NCBI GenBank assembly: GCA_965235115.1
Contig: OZ249439.1
Span: 14,694,001 to 14,758,000 of the forward strand
Length of the DNA: 64,000 nucleotides
DNA from: Laetmonice hystrix
Lineage: Eukaryota
Direction: 5' to 3'
Shown in pieces: positions 1-11,778 of the stretch. The notes below the pieces were generated by a model. That model did not search any database. It was not told where the DNA came from and saw only the letters and a list, made by a program, of their open reading frames with translations. The translations under genes were made by a program, and so were the position numbers. The number at the start of each line of letters is the position of its first letter. Positions within the stretch are counted from its first letter, which is position 1.

Positions 1-147
1 GCATCATGTTCAACCATGTCCCAGGTTGAATATGAATGAATAGTGAAGGGCAGGTCTACAGCATCATGTTTAACCATGTCCCAGGTTGAATATGAATGAA
101 TAGTGAAGGGCAGGTCTACAGCATCATGTTCAACCATGTCCCAGGTT
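1..147. repeat. 60-bp tandem repeat, truncated by the window edge
   Basis: Lines 1, 61 and 121 repeat gcatcatgttcaaccatgtcccaggtt... with a 60-bp period; ~2.4 copies visible. Confidence 0.9.
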
Positions 148-1283
148 AGTCATTGAACGGACCTGCACGAGTATACGTCCAACTATTCGTTTCAAAAACA
201 GAAAGAAATGGTATTGTTGCCGAGTTTGTCCAATCATGATTTTTGTGAAATTGTTCATTCCGTGATTTTCGAGCCTGTTGGTGGAGGCATGAGGTGAAGC
301 CATGACAACACGTTATTTGTCTCTCTGAGAATGTTAGAGGGACAGGCGTCTGATGGCGGGAGGAACCGTGGGGGGTAAACTCCTCAAATATCGGGGAGAG
401 CGATGATGACACATCGCTGTAAGGGGGAAAAACTAAAAGAAAACACACAGGGAAGGAAGTCATACCATGTATACGTGGAGGGTGTAACAACACTCGCTGT
501 TCAATATTGGCACCTCCCGGGATGAAGGTGTTCTATCGTGTAATGCCCGAATGCTACCGTTGCTTTTACAAAGTTAAGGCTTATGTCCACATGGGCCATT
601 GTACTTGCCACGTGCATGCGATTTTGACATCACCATTTTATTTTACTGTGATTTTGAGATTAACATTTACAGAAACTGGGAAGGTTAGTTTACAGAGTGA
701 AATTCCACAATGAAATCAAAAATCGCATGGCCGTCGTAAGGAAAATCACCTTAGTGGAAACATATAATTTCATAGATAAAGATGTATTCCTTATCAGATA
801 TTAACTCTTGTATAGACTGATATTCTCTTTTCTACCTATAAACTTGTTGTTTAGCTGAGACAGCTGCACGTACGATGTTGTTGGGAAGCATGGCGCAGTG
901 GTGCGTGCTAACAGTCGGTGGTCCCCCGTATTATCAATGTCTCCACCATTATTACAATAATGATTTATGCGGCCACAGAAAGTGGGCCACCAATTATTCT
1001 GTTTTACTTCAATGGAAAAGTTATGTTATAGAATGGACGTCACAAACTAACTCATGTGGTGCTGCACCTGTTTTTATAATCCAGTTGACGCAATACCCAA
1101 CTGACGCTTGCATAACCGACCTTTAAATATTTCATGTGACAGTGGAGAATTTCATTGACTTCAGTCATTCAACCCATCTGAAAGTATTGTTGGCCGGGGT
1201 GTGTGCGGTTGTGTGGAGGGGGGGGGGGGGGTTACAATTTTCATGCACAAGTCTGTGTATAAGGTTAATGTGACCATGTTATT

Positions 1284-1312
1284 ATCCCGTTCCTCCGACG
1301 GAGGAACGGGAT
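1284..1312. other. Perfect 13-bp-stem hairpin, possible end of a Helentron/HINE-like non-autonomous element
   Basis: atcccgttcctcc-gac-ggaggaacgggat is a perfect inverted repeat after a T-rich tract. The element assignment is inference. Confidence 0.6.
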
Positions 1313-1336
1313 CCTGAAATTGTACGGTTATTTAAA

Positions 1337-1535
1337 GAATATTGTTTTCGCGAAACATTTGTTTTCGCGAAACATTTGTTTTCGCGTAAAGAAGATTGTT
1401 TTCGCGAAAACAATATAGATCACAGTTAGACATCATGATATCACAGTTAGACATCACGATATCACAGTTAGACATCATCATATCACAGTTAGACATCATC
1501 ATATCACAGTTAGACATCATCATATCACAGTTAGA
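1337..1535. repeat. 17-bp palindrome-containing array followed by a 21-bp array
   Basis: tgttttcgcgaaacatt x~4 (1340-1408), then atcacagttagacatcatgat x~5.5 (1418-1535). Confidence 0.9.
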
Positions 1536-2751
1536 CGTCATGCGTAGTTCGGTTCAACGTTGGTAACAAACCAAATCAACACGAGTATCCCTCAAGGTAA
1601 ATTTATCATCAATAATTATGCTGAATCAAATACCTGTCTGATATAACAGATTTTCGAACATTTATTTTCAAGAAAAAGTCCCTGAATTCATTCCCTGAGG
1701 TGAACATCATACTCTCCGGCCGAAAAGTCGGTAAATTGGAGAGGCTAGCAGCTCTAGGTTAACCACCCTTATCCCACGTTTTATAGCCCTTCAATTTTCA
1801 CCACCTTCAGCACATATCCCCGCTAGGATACGAGGGAAAACAAGCAAATGTGGTTCTCTTATTGCTTTTGGAGCAGTCCGTCAGCGGTTTGAGAACGCCC
1901 ACCAGATTGATAGGACAGCCGGCGGTGTTGGTGGCGGCGACCGTTGTCTGCCGGGAGGGGCACCTCCTGTTCTCCCACCCGTCCTCGGCCGACGGCGGCG
2001 GGCCGAGCGCCGCACCTGTCGGACGCTGACACCGGCCGGCCGGCAGGCGCCGCCTTCCCCGGCCTTGGCCTGACCCCAATCCCGCCATCTATCGGACCTG
2101 ACAGGTCGTGCCAATTAGGAAGTGTCTTTCTCCCATCGGGAAACCTGCCAACGCTTACTGCTCCCAGCAGGCCGGGGTATGGAGGGGGAGGGGGTTGCAA
2201 GGGAGGAGAAGAGCTAGGGCAGACGTACCTTTCGCTTCCCAAGCTACCTGAGCCGGCAGACAATCCAGGTATGTCATCAAGGGTGAGAGGTCAGCCTCTA
2301 CAGTCTGAAATATACTTGATGTCATGGGCCCTGCTTTGCTGAGCCCCCCCCCCCACCCCCCACCCTACCCAACCCACCCGATTACGCGCATTCTGTGTAG
2401 GCCTATTAAAGTAAAATAGGTTCAAACTTTAAAAGAAATCGTAATTTTATTCTAAAAAAAGTGTGAGAGAGAAGAAAAGGCTGAAGAAAAAAGGCCACAA
2501 GTCCCCAGATGACCTGAATCAAGAACTACCCGGGGTGTTGAGACATTTAGAAGAAAAGGTCGGTTCTCATCGGGAAATCAGACAACGAGGTCAACAAAAA
2601 AAAAACACAAAAAAATAACAAACAAAAAAACACCCGTCGTGTATCGTAAAGCCATGCCTCCCTTCTCTATCGCATATCTAGTAGGCCTATAGGTTAGTGT
2701 ACAGGTTCGTATGAAATAAATAACAGAGGGTGCAGCAGCCCGCATGAGATA

Positions 2752-3196
2752 TGATGGTCATGTAGGCCCCTTTACTGTGTGAACCTGATGATGGTCATGT
2801 AGGCCCCTTTACTGTGTGAACCTGATGATGGTCATGTAGGCCCCTTTACTGTGTGAACCTGATGATGGTCATGTAGGCCCCTTCACTGTGTGAACCTGAT
2901 GATGGTCATGTAGGCCCCTTTACTGTGTGAACCTGATGATGGTCATGTAGGCCCCTTTACTGTGTGAACCAAATGATGGTCATGTAGGCCCCTTTACTGT
3001 GTGAACCTGATGATGGTCATGTACCCCCCTTTACTGTGTGAACCTGATGATGGTCATGTAGGCCCCTTTACTGTGTGAACCTGATGATGGTCATGTAGGC
3101 CCCTTTACTGTGTGAACCTGATGATGGTCGTGTACGCCCCTTTACTGTGTGAACCTGATGATGGTCGTGTACGCCCCTTTACTGTGTGAACCTGAT
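2752..3196. repeat. 37-bp minisatellite, ~12 copies
   Basis: Unit gatgatggtcatgtaggcccctttactgtgtgaacct, near-identical copies. Confidence 0.95.
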
Positions 3197-5186
3197 ACCA
3201 ACTCGCCGGATGTTTTAACAGCGTGAATTGATGACGTCATAATGCACACCGTGTCCCGCATGGTCGCCCCACGGAGCGTTGGTAACCTCTTGGGTCGCCT
3301 CATCCGGACCTAACAAACTCTCTCTCCTTCCACAATCATCAAACCATAAAAAAGGTCGACGAAACAAAACAGATATGGCCCCGGGCCTGCAATTAATAAA
3401 GCCATCGGTAGCGCGCTGTTGACGTAGCCAATCGCAGAGCAGGACTTTGTCGTGGCCTCCTAGCGGCCATTTCTTGTTGACCCACGTGATCCATCACACG
3501 ATAAGGCGACGCGGGTCAATTATCTGTCATTCCAGTACTATGTGCCCAGATGATATCCAATCTCGCATGCATGATCCTAACTACCCTCGTTCATATCAGG
3601 ACGAACTGTACGAAATCATTTCGGCGTAAAAGGAAAACGGGGCTTGGGGTGGAGCGTGCATCGTTATCCTACTGTTACCAGCTCCATCTCGCTGGATTCT
3701 CGTCACGATGAAGGTAAATAAACTATGGCCAGTTGTGGAGGGCAACCTAAAACCTTCAGTTCTCCGGCAACCCGAAACTCGGCATCTTCGTTCATTGGAA
3801 TCCCACATTCGCTGTCATTTCCTCCACTTTTAATCCCCCCCCCCCACACACACACACATTCAAAAATTAAAATAGAAAAAGAGTGATTAAAAAAACAACT
3901 CATAAAGTTGTGCACCGCTTTGTGATGTTGCGCAAAATTGACCAATAATTCATTTTTTGATATGCAGTGGTCGCTTCCGCACGACCCCCCCCCCCCCTCA
4001 CGGTGACCACCACGTGGTTGTCATTAACTTCCGCCCCCGGTCATTTACGTAAAAAAGTCACAACTGAAGGTATCACGTCATTGATTGCGTTAATGGGGAT
4101 TTTCTGCAGTCTGCCAGAAAACCTGCCCCGCAGAATGCGTCAGGCACTTACCGTAATGCATCATCTGACACATTTATTGGTCGGTAATAAGATCATCTCA
4201 CTGTTCATGTTACCTGAACACCCCATCAACTGACCATCTTTAACTTTGACTATAATAAGTTTGAATGCGTCTGTTGCACAATATAACTTCTTTAGAATAA
4301 TCCCAGGAGAGGATTTATCTTCGCCGTTGGAAGTACACACACAGATTGCATGAGGACAGAGGACAGAGGTGGTACAATGATGTACCCTTGGGGGATTCCT
4401 CAGGTAGAGTGGCTTCAAGAGGTGACGTCATTGACATACATTTACATTTGTCATTTGCATCTGCCGCAGACTATATGATTCGTTAATCTCTCAGCCGTTT
4501 CCCGTTCTCTAACCGCTCTCCAAGCCCTAGAAGGGAACCAAACTGGTCGAACGCTCACGACAAGCCACCCGCGTGCATGTACAATGTATTAGAGATTTGG
4601 GGGCATACGACCAGACTGTGGACGGGGCGGTGTGTCAGATCGGGCGAAAGGCGGGGAAGAGATCGTAGGGGCCGAGATAAGCGTGCCAGCCCACGCCCAG
4701 GAGGGGACAACCACATGCTTTATTCTGATCAGGCCTTCATGCGACCCGAAAGAAAATGGGACCTGATTCAGTAATTAGGTCGCAGGTCGCTATTTCGACA
4801 AATATGAATGAGATTGCTGGTTATCAAGGAGATCCAGCGACATGGCAGCATGACTGGGAATACCCCGGGGGGGGGGGGGGGGGGTCGGGGGGCACGCCCG
4901 TGGGCTGGATTATTGGTGCTGGTCAGCAGGTGCTAGAGGATGGAAGGACGGAAGGAAACGAATGAAGGAGGGAGGGAAGGAAGACGGAATGAGAAATGAC
5001 GAAGCCAGATATGGTCGGTGGCAGCCGGCACGGCTTCTTTAGTAGAAATCACTAATGTCATCACTCATATTCCAGCCAGGGAAGCTCACCCGCAGCATGT
5101 AATCATGGCTCCATGTCCGACCTTACACCTCATGTCTACAAACAACAACGGCTTCTGTTTATACTTCCCACAGAACGGAGTTTCCG

Positions 5187-5230
5187 CAATCAATCAATCA
5201 ATCAATCAATCAATCTATTTATCTATCAAT
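5187..5230. repeat. (CAAT)n microsatellite
   Basis: caat repeated ~7 times, then degenerate ctat/caat units. Confidence 0.9.
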
Positions 5231-5288
5231 CACCAATACAAACTGCTAACATTCATATTTACTGACTGACACATGGCTGATACATAGT

Positions 5289-5294
5289 GAGAGA

Positions 5295-5362
<68 letters not shown>
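5289..5362. repeat. (GA)n microsatellite
   Basis: GA run of ~37 units with one interruption. Confidence 0.95.
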
Positions 5363-5367
<5 letters not shown>

Positions 5368-5684
5368 AATATATCAAGGTGTCACATGTATGCATGCCCT
5401 CTCTATCAGTATACTTTCTTGTACTTTAAACGACTACACTGACATGAACGGTGACTTGTATTATCATGATGGCCAGTAAACTCGGCGTAAAGCACCAAGA
5501 ACTGCCCATTAACGAACATTAAATTTATTAGCCCCAAAGGATTTCTTTTCTTTTACAGATATAGAGTCCTATAGCGGAGCTAAATCAAACTGATGTGAAT
5601 GCATTCGTCATTTCCCCAAACGTATAGTAATAAGTTTACGGATTAATCAGTACCCGGAGGGGCCATGCTGAAATAATTTTTATC

Positions 5685-5775
5685 TCGTGCGCACGAGTTA
5701 CTAAGTCGTGCACACGAGTTACTAAGTCGTGCACACGAGTTACTAAGTCGTGCACACGAGTTACTAAGTCGTACG
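5685..5775. repeat. 21-bp array with palindromic TCGTGCGCACGA core
   Basis: tcgtgc(g/a)cacgagttactaag x~4.3. Confidence 0.9.
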
Positions 5776-6034
5776 TAGGATTTACTATAAGGTTATTATC
5801 AACGCACTTTTGGTACACCCACCTTTAACCATGAAGTTAATTGTCCCAATTCTGAATAATAATACAGCAGAAGGTCATCAAAGAATCCAAAGTAAAAGAA
5901 TTAAAACTGTGAATAGCCAACCAGGTACTTATGCAAGTAATATGAAAGCAAAGATTTGAATCCAACATATCAGTTAGTATCAGCCTATAGCTCCCCCAGC
6001 GCATGCGTATACTCGACCTTACTATACCTGTTGA

Positions 6035-6099
6035 CCATTAACCAACACAGGTGCCATTAACCAACACAGGTGCCATTAACCAACACAGGTGCCATTAAC
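6035..6099. repeat. 19-bp tandem repeat, ~3.4 copies
   Basis: ccattaaccaacacaggtg repeated. Confidence 0.9.
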
Positions 6100-9000
6100 A
6101 GCTTCCGTATGCTAGACATCCATACCCAGGCACACTTTGCTGTTTTCCTCCTACTATTTGATAATAGTAAAACATTTACGGGCACTCCTGCTGGTACCAG
6201 ACTTAGTGAGTTTAGCAGGCCGTCTGCGGCCAGTGAAGGCTTTAATAAAACCTGTCCTGGCTGGGTTCTATTTTCCTTGACACGCACGTGACACTAAAAC
6301 GTCCTTTATTACACTGATTCTTGCTATAAATCAACCTGGTTTGCACGTAATTAAAACAAGACCGGCCTCAGTAGAATAGAAAAAAAACACCGTGTAATTG
6401 CATCGTCAAAGCAGGTCTCCGTCGTCATCGTACACCAATCCAATCTAAAGAAATATTATTGCTAATATCAAACTAGCTTGTTTTTTAAACACTTCATCAT
6501 TAACGAACCTTAGAGTGGCGAGCAGAGGGGTCATTAAACAGTACTGGTAATACTCCTGGCAAGGTGTGACGGATGGACGAGGATAACAGATCCATCCAAT
6601 TTCAAAAGCTGGGTGCTGAGTGGACTTAGAGCCAAGTGAACTTCACAGAGATAAGGAACCTTTTCAGAGAAACTGCTCCAAGAACCCGCATTATTTCTAA
6701 TCTGCAGTCACAATCTTGACAAGGTAATAATATCAATTACCAATTTCGCAGACCGATATATTAGTTGGCATATTGCTCCTGCGCAATATGGATACCTAAT
6801 GGTGAGGAATGGTGAACTCTTCTTGTCTCTCACCTGTGGGCGTTATGGCAGCCAAACTGAGCATTTCCCATGTTTCTATAACTTTATTCCATCAGGTAAT
6901 GCTGTGTTATTCCGATAAAGGCTAAACTTTTACAATGATCCTGTTGGTTATTTCAGTACAGGGAAACTCATCAGTTCATTATCCAGCATTATGCCTCTGG
7001 CCAGATATGGCAATTCTTAGGTATAGTAGTCTGACGTCATCGGTGACGTATAGTGACGTCATCGGCGGAGGTCTTTCCGTCATTGGTTATCGCCATGTAA
7101 ACCCATGCACCTGAAGTAATCGGCTTTGAAAGATCCCAGATAATTCTCGTTGATTTGTCGGCACAAGCAAGCCCTCAGTCCTCCTAATGAGTTTGAATAT
7201 AGACCGTATTAATACCCATTGCTCATCAATTAAAGTCAAGGTTGAAATTTCGGTTTTGCCGGTTTCATCAAGCTGGAGTTCGGATGGCAATCTGAACCCA
7301 AAGACGTTATCATAACAGTATTGTGGAGTCCACCTACGATAGCACTAACTGAACTTAGCTAAAGGAAGAACGATTGACCCGATTAGGGCGGGCTTACTGA
7401 TGGATATATTAACATTATAATGTGGAAGTTGTGGCATACCATAGTACGTTTGTGCGAAGATAAATTAAACATTCTCGGGGGTTGTCTGCTCCTTTGATTA
7501 TCGAATTCTTTTTAATTATGATTATGGAAACACAAGAACTCCAGATACAGAATAGAAATCCCCACTTAAAAAAAAGATGGCGCAAAAATATGCTTCGACC
7601 CATGTATGGTGTTGCTTTGGCTGTGGTTTATGTCCATCTAGACCTAGCAGAGGAAAGATTACAGTGTTCAGATGCCAGTGAATAATAATCCTCCACTTCA
7701 ATCCCTAAGTACAACTCCCACAACTGCCATTGAACCGCAGCAGGTTGTCAAAATCATTTCGGCGTAATTCTAAACGGGCACTTGTCCGGAGATTTTAGCA
7801 CCAATAAGGGGATAGTTTAATCTCGACTGAAATTCCGAGGCCAACATTATAGGGTCGTAATGGCGACTTTCAGCATATTTGGGCCGTGGTCAGATTTCCC
7901 GTTACAACCACCTGGGGAATTGTGGACCCCGCTAACAGCCGTCGGGTGTTTGTGGGAAGGCTGGGCGCTCCAGGCGGATCAGCCCATCCTCCATATCCTA
8001 TCTCCCCAAAGTTGGCCCCCATACGGTTACCTCAGTTACCGTCAATTTGAGTCACACCTGCTGCGGCGCGCAGTTATTTCTGCGCGCGCACCGCTACCAC
8101 GTCATGGCGTTGGTGTAACAGCCCGGATGTTAGCAAGCAGACGATAGCAGCGGACTTGATGTCACATCTATGGGACAATCATATCATGGCCGAGTAGACC
8201 ATAGGGGTCTCTCGCAAAATCTCGCCGGGGCGGATTGGATGTCTGCCTACATCTTTACTCCTGACACGTGATTTTATGAGTTTGATTTCCCTACACCTGT
8301 GCACCTCCGTCTTGTTAAGAAAGACACGTAGGAGCCAATCTCTTTGATTTCACGGAGAGATGTAGGGATCCCTTTTGTAATACTCGAGAATCGTGCTGCA
8401 TGCTTTGCCCTGGTAAATACGAGCACGAGTCAGGATATGCTGTAATGTATCTGGGACGATACGTCTCTGAGAGTTGTAATCAAGAATAGAAAGACATGAA
8501 CACTTGTTATACTAGTTTAAGGTCAACATAATACTTATTAAAGGCACGAGATGGACAATGATCCCCATATCTATTCAAATCTTACAGTATCGTATCTCCT
8601 TAAGACATTGAAGAAGAATACAAAATTCTGAGAAATTAGAAACGGTTCAGGTCATAACCATGGCAATTTAAACTTTTCTTTCAAAGTAATAATCAGTCTG
8701 ACTCTGATATGATTAAGATCATGGTAGTATATATTGATGCAGACTGTGGACAATGTCGACGTGTGTGTGTGTGGGGGGGGGGGGGGGAGGGCGGAATATC
8801 CGACCGATGCAGACACTAGAATCCGTCCACGGACCATGCAACGTTGTAACTAATTGAAGAGTGGAAGTTCGTGTTGAGATTCACCACGCGTGATTAACTC
8901 AATCTGTATTTACAATCAGTATAATCATGAAAACCGGTCGTTGAAAAACAGATTAAAACAGATTAAAGGCAATATTCCAGGGTTTGCTAACTAATCATCT

Positions 9001-9499
9001 GAGACAGAAACGTTGATGGGCTTATTCCATTCGGCTTTCATATGTATTCGCGGTAAGCCAAACCTACCGACGTGTTTTATACTCTACTTCAATTTCTTTA
9101 ATTAAAATTCCTATGGAGCTCACAGCGTGATACCCTAGTAATACTTGGTGGATGTCCCCCACTAACAGTTTTAATTAGATACTTAATATTTTTTTGATAA
9201 GTCACGCACACGACGTTAAGGCCTGAGCAGAGATAACTGCTCGTTCGGGAACGTCAAATAGAAGAAAGGACAGTAGGAAGTATAAACCTTGAAGACAAAC
9301 GGTTAGTTTATCGCTGTGATTACATTGAGGAACACACTTTACAACTATTCTTTTAACTGTCTGTATTTCTGGCGTTACTAGTGACAGGTTTTAAAAATTG
9401 TAAGCATAAAGTACCAAGGTTATCGGAGAAACGCTGGATAACGGCGCCATTGATCTGATATGTTCCACGCATCCGTTGGTCATTTCCAAGTCAGAATGC

Positions 9500-10330
9500 C
9501 ACACTAGATGTTGAAACAGAGAGAAACATATCGTAACAGGAAGAATGTGCTCGGAAGAATATTTGATCCATAACCATGGACGGGACATTTCGTTATTTGA
9601 TCTATGCAGCTGGTTTGATGTAACAAATCAGACGTAAACCTCATCATCGCATGTCGTCGTCTTTTAAAGATCGAATTCAACGAGAAACTTTTTGAAGAGA
9701 TCCTTCTCGTCAAAAGGGAACCAAAGCTAATCCCATGAAATGCCTTATTCAATAGTAGGGCATCTATTTCCTCTTCTGTCTGCTGTTTCCATTTAAGACA
9801 ATTGCTTGTCTTTATGCTTCCGTGTACGATGCAACTTTTTCTATATTCTTTCCCTTTAGATTATAAATTAAGCTTCTGAATCATTTTTAAAATAAGGTCG
9901 TTTTCATTTTCACTAAGGCAAAACATATGTTATACGTAGAAAACAGTGCGTCAGTCTGTTGGAAATAAATTTCGTTATCGAATGTTAAGCCTGACAGCAT
10001 GGCCATTTTTATAATGTTCGAGTCCGACCATTCTTCCTGTGAAGATTTGACGAACTCACGCCATGGCAATGTGGATAAATCAGCCTAGTAATGTTACAAT
10101 TGGGCTCTTTCATTCCATCCTTAAATCATGACGGCTAGAACATTGACACGACACCCACTTTTTTAGCATCGATTATCGATGTGGTTTTTACCACTAAGAA
10201 GTCGGAAGAAATGGGAATAGCTTTGAATATGAGTGCACTGAGAGCTATAGTAAATCGTCCGAGCTTTTCCCAATAACCCAGTTCACGAAGTTCACCCGAT
10301 CTCACGAGGGCCACCCCAGAGTTATCCAGC
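9500..10330 (-). pseudogene. Possible highly decayed Penelope-like reverse transcriptase fragment
   Basis: Minus-strand LTFDNEIYFQQTD and, in another frame, YV*HMFCLSENEND resemble the PLE RT motifs F-FN-E-Y-Q-DG and YVDDIFCLF. Interrupted by stops and frameshifts; recognised by eye only. Confidence 0.3.
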
Positions 10331-11430
10331 ATCAGATTGACTGCTGGGTGTGAGATTCACTAATAACACAAAGCTGTCTTTGACACACCTACGAATATAT
10401 TTGAATACGAGATATTTACATAAATGTACCTAGCTAAACCGCACATAACGTAAATACCAAGGTTCACCGTAATCAATATTTTCTTATTTCCCCTTACTCA
10501 AAGAACAACTTATAAGGCATGCAATTTATATAAAGGCTTCCTCGTCAATTTCATCGAGGAGATTCCAGGCCTACATGTCTTTTTGTCTTGCCTATTTAAA
10601 CTGAAGTTATCATAATCATAAAGTTTTCGGAATTAATAACTTCTTGCTTCAGATTTTACTCAACAATGTCCCAGACCTGCTTTGGAACGTCCCTTAATAT
10701 TTATTTAGTTATATATTTATCTGTTCAATAGTTGTCATGGTAACATACGTGCTCTCAATTTGCGCGGTTCTATTCTGTATACGAAAAAAACAATCAGAAA
10801 ATGATCGATTGACATTGTGTAACCCGAGTTGACAGATTACATCCACACTACGGACACCGTATTTTGGAAACAACCCCTTTACATAAAACATCAATCTCAG
10901 TGACAAAACCGCAGTCTGACCTCTCACGATCTATTTACCATCGTCGTGTTTTCCTGCTTCATTTGTTCGACTTTAGATGGACCCCAGTCATAGGACAGTG
11001 TCGTAATATAAGTATGGATAAACTACCTTCAAAGATTAGATAGCATTTTGTGCCGTCTGGTAGTTTGTCAAACTTTATACTTTGTTGATTAAACAGTTTC
11101 TTCTCCACTCCAAGCTGTGTAGTCTTCAATCACTGGTGAAATCCAGCCGTCGCCTGTTAACAATCCAACACCTACTTTATACTGGCGTCCATGCATCCGA
11201 GAAACTATTTACAGGTGGGATTTAATTGTGTTAACAGCATCTCCGAGTATTTGGCAATAACAAAATGTCATTAATCACTAAATTTGATTCCAGTTATTAG
11301 AAACTAGAGGTACTTTGTCTGGGAAGAAACGATGATGTAATTAATTTTAAGTAAATCTTCGATAACATATTTTTGTTTCTGGCTAAACATGAGCTGAACC
11401 ATCAACGTTAAATATGTTACTGAGAGACCA

Positions 11431-11778
11431 TTAGAAGCCATGAGTATCCTTATATGGGTTACTAGAAGCCATGACTAGTTACTAGAAGCCCTGAGTATCC
11501 TTATATGGGTTACTAGAAAAATGGAAGACGCATTAGAAGCCATGAGTATCCTTATATGGGTTACTAGAAGCCATGAGTATCCTTATAATATGGGTTACTA
11601 GAAGCCATGAGTATCCTTATATGGGTTACTAGAAGCCATGAGTATCCTTATATGGGTTACTAGAAGCCATGACTATCCTTATATGGGTTACTAGAAGAAT
11701 GGGAGACCATTAGAAGCCATGAGTATACTTATATGGGTTACTAGAAGCCATGAGTATACTTATATGGGTTACTAGAAG
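11431..11778. repeat. 31-bp minisatellite in interrupted blocks
   Basis: Unit tagaagccatgagtatccttatatgggttac, with short spacers near 11520 and 11700. Confidence 0.9.

Noticed and set aside
2752-3196. Hammerhead ribozyme in the 37-bp repeat (contains CTGATGA and a small stem)
   Set aside because: No GAAA core after the stem and no stems I/III.
6940-6985. Minus-strand CTGATGAG...GAAA hammerhead-like match
   Set aside because: Stem II cannot form with the required G-C closing pair.
7087-7290. hAT transposase-like peptide (LTLIDEQWVLI...RELSG)
   Set aside because: The resemblance is short, and no flanking motifs (RWNS, dimerisation domain) or TIRs are visible.
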